Shown in pieces: positions 8,211-16,033 of a stretch of 20,633 nt of DNA. The position numbers and the translations under genes were made by a program. Position 1 is the stretch's first letter. The number at the start of each line of letters is the position of its first letter. The notes beneath the pieces were generated by a model. That model was not told where the DNA came from and made no database searches. It worked only from the letters and a program-made list of their open reading frames with translations. The DNA comes from an uncultured Deferribacteres bacterium. Lineage in GTDB: Bacteria; Zhuqueibacterota; Zhuqueibacteria; Zhuqueibacterales; Geothermadaptataceae. The stretch covers positions 1 to 20,633 of the forward strand of contig CAXHAT010000145.1 of assembly GCA_964014485.1 (NCBI GenBank), read 5' to 3'.

Positions 8211-8699
8211 TTAGTTTTGTTTTTTATCGCTCGAGCTTTTGAGTTTAACATCCACCCTAAAAATCTCTTCCAGAGTATCGTCCAACTTTTCCGTTCTAAT
8301 GAAGCCGATGGCGTTTTTTTGGCGTTTGAGAAGCGCCTTAACTTCATCATCGGACTCCACGCGCCTGGGGCCGGAAGCTTGCCCGGAAAGCGCTAACTTC
8401 AACCAACGTTGGCGCGACTGCTTGTAAGTTTTTTTGAGAAAAACTTTGTAAAAAGCACGTCCCGCTAAAGTTGCAGGTTGATCAATAACTTGAATTTTTC
8501 GACCGTTCGGCCACTTCAATTTTGCCCCAAGAAATATTTCTCGCAGGTCGGACGCTTCCAATTTCTTGACGTCGACGCCACTTTTTTTGGAAACGACGAC
8601 GCTAATTTGCGCTTGCACATCAGCGGTTGAAAACGCGATAATTCCGAATGCACTAAAAATCGTCAGTAACTTCAAAAATAATCTATAATTGCGGTACAT
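8211..8699 (-). CDS. Small periplasmic PBP-like protein (family often auto-annotated 'phosphate ABC transporter substrate-binding protein')
   Basis: Probable start at 8699/8702 after GGAGGA (the ORF track's longer start overlaps the porin gene). Signal peptide (VQA|Q). Motifs ISVVV...L...DLREIFLG....WPNG......DQ.......FY...L.......W..L..SG....P....SDDEV......NAIGFI. Confidence 0.85.
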   Translation of the reverse strand: MYRNYRLFLKLLTIFSAFGIIAFSTADVQAQISVVVSKKSGVDVKKLEASDLREIFLGAKLKWPNGRKIQVIDQPATLAGRAFYKVFLKKTYKQSRQRWLKLALSGQASGPRRVESDDEVKALLKRQKNAIGFIRTEKLDDTLEEIFRVDVKLKSSSDKKQN

Positions 8700-8775
8700 C
8701 ATTCCTCCAATTCTGGCGTAGAGAACTCCTGTCAATATCTGAAAAATTTTCAACATCGATCGTCTGCCGTTTGCG

Positions 8776-10671
8776 CTAGAAAATTCTTCCGAAAACGAAA
8801 GATATGTCCAAGCGAACTTCTTCATAGGAGATGCGTTCGCCATTGAAATTCTGAATATGGGAGCTGCCGTCAAACTTTACCGCAACTTGAGGGATGGGGC
8901 GTAACAAAAAGCCCACGGTTAATTTCTGAAATTTTCCGTCATCCGTAATTCCGGCCTCGTTGTCGCCGCCAAATGTCTTGCTTGCGATCGTCTCGGGGTT
9001 GTTATAATTGTCGAACTGAACGTATGGGCCAAATTCGCCGTAGGCCGTATCGAACGAATAACCGCCGCGCAGATACCAGGTCTTCACGTCATATTCTGCG
9101 TTCGTCGCGACATTGCTCAAAACCGCCTCGCCCGTCGGATCGGTTAAGAAACGCCCCAATTGACGCTGGCTCAAACCTGCTCCGTTGATCACTTGCAATA
9201 CAGAAGCGGGGTCGCGAACGGCTTCATGGTGCGAATTCCAAACCTCGCCTTGCAGCGTCAGATTACCAAACCTGCCTTCGGCGTAGCCGCCGAAAACATT
9301 GAATCGGTCCGTCGCCATCCAGGGCAAAACGCCGCTGTTCGGAGAGCCTTCGCCGACGCCTTTGTCGGGAACAGCGTCGCCGTTCGAATTGTAGCCGGAA
9401 ATTCCCAGCTTAAAATCGCCGTTCCTGAACACATAGTTCACATCGAAGCCAATCGGGAAACGATCTTCCACCGGGCCGCCTTCGCCGTTGTCCGTGCTTA
9501 CACTGTAGTTGATCAACCCGTTGCCCGGATCGATGCTGCCGTAAACCATGAGCGCGGTTGTTCTGGAAATCATCAAATGATCGCCGTCAAAAAGCTCCGG
9601 CGGTTCAATTCCGTAATAGGAAGGCACGGCGTCCAGGATTTCGTTGTAAAGCCCGAACTTTCGGTAGATTTTTCCAATTCGAAAGTTCAGCGCACTTGAA
9701 GCGGCGTATTCACCCCAGAAGTTTCGCACGTCCACGTTTTCCGCATCCGCGCCGTTGAGATTGATAAAGACTTTGAAACGAGACGACAGTTGGTGCTCCA
9801 TCATCAAATTGAAAAATGGATACCCAAACTCAGCGGGCGCGCCAACCCTGACCGTCTGGCCGTTTTCGAGAGTCGGTTCGTTGAACACTTTTTCAAAACG
9901 CGTGGAGAAATAGCCAAAAATTTTCAGCAAACTCAGCGAGAAGTCGTCCGTGCCGATTTCCCCGAAACTAAAATCTTCCGAACTCTCGTCATCACCGTCA
10001 TCCTCGAAAACTTGCGTTTCTGTCTGGCTTGTCGTCGGCTCTTGCTGAGCAACGCGATTTGGGACGGGCGAACTCGAAGGCGCCTGTTCCACTGCAACCG
10101 GTGAGAAGTTCGAGTCTATGTTGGACTGGTAGTCAACAGGGCGGCCGTTCACCAAAATATTCGGACTTTCCGCATTCATGATCAGAATGTTCTGTAAAGC
10201 CGCGGGAAATCGCTTACCCACCGTAAATGGAAGCCGGCAATAGCGGACGACAACATTTCTGACTTCGCAATTTTCCTTGTTTATGTTGTCGCCGAAAACG
10301 ATACCTTGCCAGTCCGTTGCGCTGGGCTTGGCGCCGTCCGCAGTTGCATTATAAGTAAAGTCGTTGTCGTTCTTGCTCGTGAAAACGATCCGATTGGTCG
10401 AAGTGCCGACGGCTTTCATCGCACCTTCTACGGTGATCGAAAAAGGGCCCGCAAATTGTACAATAACTCCGGGTTCAATCGTTAAGGTTTGGTTTTGCGG
10501 AACAACAACGTCGCCGCTGACGATGTAGGGACTTGAAGCCAGCGTCCAGGCGCCTGACTGCGGCCCGGAAACTTGTGCGCCGAAAAGGCTCGCGCCCACG
10601 CCTCCCCAAAAGAGCATCTGACTCGTGATCGCAAAAACTAAAGACAACTTGCGGCCAGAAACAAACTGCAT
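8776..10671 (-). CDS. Outer-membrane porin-like beta-barrel with N-terminal short right-handed beta-helix-like domain
   Basis: Probable start 10671 after AGGAGGA. Signal peptide; N-domain SGAWTLASSPYIVSGDVVV....LTIEPGVIVQF...G...AVGT....IVFTS...WQGIVF; P/S/Q-rich and acidic linker. The C-domain has KIFGYF, LNFRIGK...FGLYNE, amphipathic strands and a C-terminal Phe. Confidence 0.82.
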   Translation of the reverse strand: MQFVSGRKLSLVFAITSQMLFWGGVGASLFGAQVSGPQSGAWTLASSPYIVSGDVVVPQNQTLTIEPGVIVQFAGPFSITVEGAMKAVGTSTNRIVFTSKNDNDFTYNATADGAKPSATDWQGIVFGDNINKENCEVRNVVVRYCRLPFTVGKRFPAALQNILIMNAESPNILVNGRPVDYQSNIDSNFSPVAVEQAPSSSPVPNRVAQQEPTTSQTETQVFEDDGDDESSEDFSFGEIGTDDFSLSLLKIFGYFSTRFEKVFNEPTLENGQTVRVGAPAEFGYPFFNLMMEHQLSSRFKVFINLNGADAENVDVRNFWGEYAASSALNFRIGKIYRKFGLYNEILDAVPSYYGIEPPELFDGDHLMISRTTALMVYGSIDPGNGLINYSVSTDNGEGGPVEDRFPIGFDVNYVFRNGDFKLGISGYNSNGDAVPDKGVGEGSPNSGVLPWMATDRFNVFGGYAEGRFGNLTLQGEVWNSHHEAVRDPASVLQVINGAGLSQRQLGRFLTDPTGEAVLSNVATNAEYDVKTWYLRGGYSFDTAYGEFGPYVQFDNYNNPETIASKTFGGDNEAGITDDGKFQKLTVGFLLRPIPQVAVKFDGSSHIQNFNGERISYEEVRLDISFVFGRIF

Positions 10672-10934
10672 TGTGGATTCCTCCTGAACAACAAAAGTAG
10701 TACTTTCTTCTACATGAGATTTCATGACAGATTTTGAAGCGGCTTCCGGCGGCGAGTCATCCGAAAACCGGTTCTCAAAGCCAACGCTCGGGTAAAAGTT
10801 TTCATATTAAACTAAAACCTAACTTCAATCATAAAGCGATGCGTAAAGGAATCCATGACGAGATTGTCATACGATTTCGTTTTTAAATTGCACGTCAAAA
10901 ACGCATGTTTATCCAGCCAAAGAATGCGTCGTTC

Positions 10935-10976
10935 GAGTGCTTGATTTAGAGCAAATGAATTCTAAATTATGCACTC
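10935..10976. promoter_or_regulatory. Inverted repeat overlapping the putative promoter of the M48 gene
   Basis: GAGTGCTTGATTTAGA-N10-TCTAAATTATGCACTC (14/16 arm match). It contains TTGATT-16-TAAATT (10941-10968). Confidence 0.5.
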
Positions 10977-11025
10977 TTAAATAAAACGGCATAAGCTGAA
11001 TTTGATATTTACCAGGGAGGCGGTT

Positions 11026-12459
11026 GTGAACTACCGAAAGCCTGCTGCAACTATAATTATCTTCATGCTTTTCGCGTCATGCGCGAAAGATTACGTGACT
11101 GGTCGCAGAACTTTTAGCTTGGTCAGTGAAAGCCAGGAAATTGCGCTTGGCCGCGAAGCTGATCCGTCAATCGTCGCGGAGTACGGCGCTTACGACGACA
11201 AAGCGTTGACCGAATTCGTCGATGGTATCGGGCAAGCCATTGCGCGCACTTCGCATCGTCCGGATTTGAAGTACACATTTCGCGTGGTCGACAGTCCAAT
11301 CGTCAACGCCTTCGCGCTTCCGGGAGGCTGGGTCTATTTCACGCGCGGCATTCTGGCGCATTTCAATTCGGAAGATGAATTGGCGGGGGTCATGGGGCAC
11401 GAAGTCGGACACGTCGTGGCTCGTCACGGCGCCGAGCAAATGTCAAAGCAGCAATTGGCGGCGATTGGGTTCGGCGTGGGTTCCGTTGTCTCGGAAAAGT
11501 TTCGAGAATACAGCCAATTGGCGCAAACAGGTCTTGGGCTGATGTTTCTCAGCTATGGCCGCAGCCACGAAAGCGAGTCGGATCGTTTGGGCGTTGAATA
11601 TTCAACAAAGCTCGGCTATGATTCTCACAAAATGGCGGCCTTTTTCCGTACAATCGGCGCCTTAAGCGCAGAAAGCGGGCAGCGCTTGCCAACCTTCCTC
11701 TCCACGCATCCTGACCCTGGCGGGCGCGAACAGAACGTGCATAAATTGACTGATGAATGGCGCGCAAAAATTGATTACAAGCCGAAAAGCCTCACCCGTA
11801 ACGCTTACTTGCAACGCATTGACGGCATCGTCTACGGCAACGATCCAAGGCAAGGATTTGTCGAAAAGAATATGTTCTACCATCCAGGGCTTCGTTTTCA
11901 ATTTCCCGTTCCGGAAGGCTGGCTCTTGCAAAACTCCCCCACGGTCGTGCAAATGATCGACAAAGACAAAAATGCGATGGTGCAATTTCAGCTTGCTAAA
12001 GAAAAAACGGCGTCAGCCGCGGCCAACGCTTTTGCAAGCACCGAAGGGCTCGTCGTTCAAAATCAGAATTCCGTCAAAGTTCACAATCTGCCCGCCGTCG
12101 TTCTCGAATCGACTCTGACCACGCAACAAGGCGAGTTGCGCCTGCTCTCCTATTTTATTGGCATGGGCGGAAACGTCTATGTCTTCCACGGCTACACTGC
12201 CAGCGCCAACTTCAGTAAATATCGCTACACACTCACTTCCATCATGTCCGGGTTTGACCAGTTGCGCAATCGGGCGGCGTTAAACAAAAAACCGGATCGC
12301 ATTCGCGTTAAGCCTGCGCCTCGCAACGCCACGCTTTCCGCGACTTTCGCTTCACTGCGGGTAAAAAAGGAGCAGTACGACGAACTGGCCTTACTCAACG
12401 GCATGGCTTTGACGGATCAAGTTAAACGCGGCGATCTTATTAAGACGATAGGACAATAG
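11026..12459 (+). CDS. M48-family zinc metalloprotease lipoprotein (BepA/YfgC-like N-domain) with C-terminal extension ending in a LysM-like segment
   Basis: GTG 11026 after GGAGG. Lipobox FASC; VNAFALPGG, HEVGH (HEXXH), ESESD, FLSTHP; C-terminal 'ELALLNGM....QVKRGDLIK'. Confidence 0.93.
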   Translation: MNYRKPAATIIIFMLFASCAKDYVTGRRTFSLVSESQEIALGREADPSIVAEYGAYDDKALTEFVDGIGQAIARTSHRPDLKYTFRVVDSPIVNAFALPGGWVYFTRGILAHFNSEDELAGVMGHEVGHVVARHGAEQMSKQQLAAIGFGVGSVVSEKFREYSQLAQTGLGLMFLSYGRSHESESDRLGVEYSTKLGYDSHKMAAFFRTIGALSAESGQRLPTFLSTHPDPGGREQNVHKLTDEWRAKIDYKPKSLTRNAYLQRIDGIVYGNDPRQGFVEKNMFYHPGLRFQFPVPEGWLLQNSPTVVQMIDKDKNAMVQFQLAKEKTASAAANAFASTEGLVVQNQNSVKVHNLPAVVLESTLTTQQGELRLLSYFIGMGGNVYVFHGYTASANFSKYRYTLTSIMSGFDQLRNRAALNKKPDRIRVKPAPRNATLSATFASLRVKKEQYDELALLNGMALTDQVKRGDLIKTIGQ

Positions 12460-12491
12460 GCTGTGGGCTGTGGGCTGTGGGCTGTGGGCTG
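12459..12491 (+). repeat. Heptamer tandem repeat (GGCTGTG) x4.7
   Basis: GGCTGTG GGCTGTG GGCTGTG GGCTGTG GGCTG directly after the M48 stop codon. Confidence 0.95.
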
Positions 12492-12523
12492 AAAGAGTCT
12501 AATCAACCAAAAAGGAATCGGAA

Positions 12524-14176
12524 ATGGCAATTCATAAACTGGCTGGTAAACCGGCGCCGGACGCGATGTTGATCAATGTTCCCCGTTTGATTACTGACTA
12601 CTACAAAAAAACGCTCGATGCCGATGATCCCGCCCATCGAGTCTCATTTGGCACTTCCGGGCATCGCGGAACCTCATCCAAAGGCGGGTTTAATGAGGCG
12701 CAAATTTTGACCGTTTCCCAGGCAATTGCCGAGTATCGCCAACAAAACGGCGTCACCGGGCCGCTTTATTTGGGCAAGGACACGCACGCGCTCTCTGAGC
12801 CGGCCATGATTTCCGCGATTGAAGTCTTCGCAGCCAACGGTGTGGAGTTATTCATTCAGCAAGACGGGGGCTACACGCCGACCCCGGTGATTTCGCGCGC
12901 CATCCTCACCTACAATCAAGGCAAAAAAACCGGATTCGCGGACGGCGTTGTAATCACGCCGTCGCACAACCCGCCCGAGGACGGCGGTTTTAAGTACAAC
13001 CCGCCCTCCGCCGGGCCCGCCGACACAGCAACCACCAAGACCATACAAACGCGCGCAAACGAAATATTAAACGACGGATTGCGCCAAGTCAAGCGCTTGG
13101 CCATGGAGAAAGCTCTTCTGGCTGACACAACGCATGAAATCGACTTTACCACGCCCTACGTTGAAGATTTAAAAAACGTCGTCGACATGGACGCCGTTGC
13201 AGCGGCTGGGCTAAAAATCGGCGTTGACCCAATGGGCGGCGCCGGAATAGATTATTGGGACCCCATCGCTGAACAATACGGTTTGAACATCGAAGTCGTC
13301 AACCGGCGCGTTGATCCGACCTTCTCATTTATGACCATCGACCGGGACGGCAAAATACGAATGGACTGCTCTTCGCCATACGCGATGGCAAGCCTGATCA
13401 ACTTACGTGAAAAATTTGACCTGGCTTTCGGCAATGATCCGGACTATGATCGTCACGGCATTGTGACGCGAGGGCACGGTCTGATGAACCCGAATCATTA
13501 CCTCGCTGTGGCGGTCTCATACCTTTTTCAAAACCGTCCAGGCTGGCCGGAGTCGGCGGCCATTGGCAAGACGTTGGTTTCAAGCTCAATGATTGATCGC
13601 GTTGCGGCGCATTTAGGAAAGAGAATGGCGGAAGTCCCGGTTGGCTTTAAATATTTTGTCGACGGACTCATCGACGGCACATTCGGCTTTGGCGGCGAAG
13701 AAAGCGCGGGAGCTTCATTCTTAAGACGCGACGGATCAGTCTGGTGCACGGATAAAGACGGCATAATTATGGATTTGCTGGCCGCGGAGATCATGGCCAA
13801 AACGGAACGCGATCCGGCAGAGCATTACAAAGCGCTGGAAGAACAGTTTGGCAGCCCGATTTATGAACGCCTGCAAGCCCCGGCTTCCGCCGACCAAAAA
13901 AATGTACTCAAGAATCTTTCACCGGATATGGTCACGGCTTCCACTTTGGCCGGAGAAGAGATCACGACAAAATTAACCCATGCGCCTGGCAACGGCGCGG
14001 CGATTGGCGGCCTGAAGGTCACCACGCAAAACGGCTGGTTTGCGGCAAGGCCATCAGGCACTGAAGAAATCTATAAAATATACACCGAAAGCTTTCTGGG
14101 AGAAGCTCACCTGAAACAAATTCAAGACGAAGCACAGGAAATCGTTTCGGCTGCTTTGAAAACGGCGGGGCTTTAA
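12524..14176 (+). CDS. pgm: Phosphoglucomutase (alpha-D-glucose-1,6-bisphosphate-dependent, E. coli Pgm type)
   Basis: 550 aa. FGTSGHRG, catalytic TPSHNP, metal loop DPDYDR, GEESAG, ARPSGTE. Confidence 0.97.
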   Translation: MAIHKLAGKPAPDAMLINVPRLITDYYKKTLDADDPAHRVSFGTSGHRGTSSKGGFNEAQILTVSQAIAEYRQQNGVTGPLYLGKDTHALSEPAMISAIEVFAANGVELFIQQDGGYTPTPVISRAILTYNQGKKTGFADGVVITPSHNPPEDGGFKYNPPSAGPADTATTKTIQTRANEILNDGLRQVKRLAMEKALLADTTHEIDFTTPYVEDLKNVVDMDAVAAAGLKIGVDPMGGAGIDYWDPIAEQYGLNIEVVNRRVDPTFSFMTIDRDGKIRMDCSSPYAMASLINLREKFDLAFGNDPDYDRHGIVTRGHGLMNPNHYLAVAVSYLFQNRPGWPESAAIGKTLVSSSMIDRVAAHLGKRMAEVPVGFKYFVDGLIDGTFGFGGEESAGASFLRRDGSVWCTDKDGIIMDLLAAEIMAKTERDPAEHYKALEEQFGSPIYERLQAPASADQKNVLKNLSPDMVTASTLAGEEITTKLTHAPGNGAAIGGLKVTTQNGWFAARPSGTEEIYKIYTESFLGEAHLKQIQDEAQEIVSAALKTAGL

Positions 14177-15192
14177 TGGCAAAAAAGATAAACATCGGAC
14201 TCATCGGCGTTGGTCGCTTGGGAAAGCATTACGCGACGTACTTGAAGGGGCGCGTTCGAGGCGCTAATCTGGTCGCGCTCTGCGATCCCGAGGGGAAAGC
14301 GCTTTCACAATGCGCCGAAGAGACCGAAGTTTCGGCGATGTACCCCAATTATTCGGACTTGGTTGAAAGCTCGAAAATTGACGCCGTCATTATCGTTTCT
14401 CCAACCGGAACGCACAAAGATGTCATTATCGCGGCGGCTAACGCGGACAAGGCAATTTTTTGCGAAAAACCGCTTTGCCTTTCGTTAGAAGAATGCGCTG
14501 AAGTTCAACAAATTTTGGAAAAGACCGGCGTGTTTTTTCAGGTGGGTTACATGCGCCGCTTCGATCCGGGCTACTCCGCCGCCAAGGCAAAAGTTGAAGC
14601 CGGAGAAATCGGCAGACCGGTTGTTTATCGCGGTACGACGCGCGATCCGCATCGTCCAAGCTTGAAATTTGCCGATCCCAAAATGAGCGGCGGATTGTTT
14701 GTAGATATGGGGATTCACGATTTCGATTTGGGGCGCTGGTTTATGGGCGGCGTTAAAAGCGTTTTTGCACGCGGCGGGGTGCTGGCCTATCCTGAAATGA
14801 ACTCAATCAACGACATTGACAACGGCGTTGCGAGCCTCCAATTTGAAAGCGGCGCGCTGGGTTCCGTCGATTTAAGCAGAAACAGCATTTTCGGCTATAA
14901 CATTTTCACCGAAATCGTGGGAACGGAGGGGACGCTGAAGGTTGGCTATTTGCGCGAAACGCCTGTTCTCGTGATGAAAAAAGAAGGCGTCTCCCATGAC
15001 GCCACCCCGTTTTTCATGGAGCGTTTCGAAGCCGCCTACGTCAAACAATTGCAAAACTTTATCGACAATCTAATCGAAGAAAAATCTCCCCCGGTAACGC
15101 TCGAAGACGGCGTTGAATCACTCAAAATTTCTCTCGCCGCCAAACAGTCTTTCGACACTGGGCAAGACGTCCCGCTGAAAAGAATATTTTGA
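14176..15192 (+). CDS. iolG: Gfo/Idh/MocA oxidoreductase, inositol 2-dehydrogenase-like
   Basis: 338 aa. IGVGRLG, FCEKP, GYMRRFDP, SGGLFVDMGIHDFD, FMERF..AY. Translationally coupled to pgm (TAATG). The exact substrate is not certain. Confidence 0.8.
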   Translation: MAKKINIGLIGVGRLGKHYATYLKGRVRGANLVALCDPEGKALSQCAEETEVSAMYPNYSDLVESSKIDAVIIVSPTGTHKDVIIAAANADKAIFCEKPLCLSLEECAEVQQILEKTGVFFQVGYMRRFDPGYSAAKAKVEAGEIGRPVVYRGTTRDPHRPSLKFADPKMSGGLFVDMGIHDFDLGRWFMGGVKSVFARGGVLAYPEMNSINDIDNGVASLQFESGALGSVDLSRNSIFGYNIFTEIVGTEGTLKVGYLRETPVLVMKKEGVSHDATPFFMERFEAAYVKQLQNFIDNLIEEKSPPVTLEDGVESLKISLAAKQSFDTGQDVPLKRIF

Positions 15193-15205
15193 CAGTCTCA
15201 AATTT

Positions 15206-15922
15206 CTATGGATTCGTCGGACGAATGTCGATTTCGCTCACCAGCGCATTTTGCGGCAGTCTGAGCATGTGCAAAATGCTGTCGGCGACATCTTGCGATT
15301 GAATGATCCGTTTGGCGCGTTCAGCGTCTTTGGCATGGCGGCCTTGCGAGAATTCGGTAGCAACGGAACCGGGGCAAATCGCGAGCACGCGAACGCCGTT
15401 TTGCCGTTCTTCCAACATCAGGCAGCGGCTAAAACCGAGTACGGCGTGTTTGGTTGCCGCATACCCGCCGCCGCCGACAAAAGCGTTTTTCCCGGCCAAA
15501 GAAACGACGTTAACCACCGCCGGTTTACCGGCGTCACGCAAGTACGGCAGGCTTTCGCGCGTCGCGATAAAAAGGCCGCGTACGTTCAAATTAAACATTT
15601 CATCCCACTCTCTCGTGGAAAGCTCCGCGACCTTTTGAAAGTGTCCAAGCCCGGCATTATTGACCAAGACGTCGATCCCGCCGAGCTTCTCCGCCGTTTC
15701 GCCAACGAAAGTTCGGATTTCATCCTCGTCGCTCATATCTCCGACAAATGCATACACTTTTCGGCCTTTCGCCCGAATCTCTTCCGCCAGCTCTTCCAGC
15801 AAATTTTCACTCCGGGCGGCAATCGCAACATGTGCGCCCTCGTCCGCCAACGTGAGCGCTATTGCGCGTCCAATGCCCTTGCTCGCGCCGGTCACAACAG
15901 CAACTTTGTCCGTCAGGTTCAT
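15206..15922 (-). CDS. Classical SDR-family NAD(P)-dependent oxidoreductase
   Basis: 238 aa. TGASKGIG, LVNNAG, catalytic S...YAATK, C-terminal EIDIRPT. AGAGGAG RBS. Confidence 0.95.
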   Translation of the reverse strand: MNLTDKVAVVTGASKGIGRAIALTLADEGAHVAIAARSENLLEELAEEIRAKGRKVYAFVGDMSDEDEIRTFVGETAEKLGGIDVLVNNAGLGHFQKVAELSTREWDEMFNLNVRGLFIATRESLPYLRDAGKPAVVNVVSLAGKNAFVGGGGYAATKHAVLGFSRCLMLEERQNGVRVLAICPGSVATEFSQGRHAKDAERAKRIIQSQDVADSILHMLRLPQNALVSEIDIRPTNP

Positions 15923-15987
15923 CTTCTTCCACTCCTCTCTTTAAGTGTAAAACTTCCTTTTGAAGACTATCGTCTCATCCTCGGAAA

Positions 15988-16025
15988 ATTCTGGAGTGCA
16001 AAGCTGAAGCTCGGCACTCCAAAAT
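15988..16025. repeat. REP-like or terminator-like palindrome downstream of the M16 gene
   Basis: ATTCTGGAGTGC-AAAGCTGAAGCTCG-GCACTCCAAAAT: 12-bp outer arms with one mismatch plus an inner AGCT/AGCT stem. Confidence 0.6.
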
Positions 16026-16033
16026 GAAATTCA

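Noticed and set aside
8211..8699. pstS / phosphate ABC transporter call
   Set aside because: The protein is about half the size of PstS and no pstCAB genes are present.
8700..8873. 220-aa version of the PBP-like ORF
   Set aside because: It overlaps the porin 3' end. A GGAGGA RBS and signal peptide point to a start at 8699/8702.
10935..10976. CIRCE (HrcA) element
   Set aside because: Half-sites are in reverse order and 30 nt apart rather than TTAGCACTC-N9-GAGTGCTAA.
12459..12491. CRISPR array
   Set aside because: Contiguous 7-bp units with no spacers and no cas genes.
15251..16027. 258-aa ORF antisense to the SDR gene
   Set aside because: Long antisense frames are a common shadow of SDR genes; no recognisable motif or RBS.
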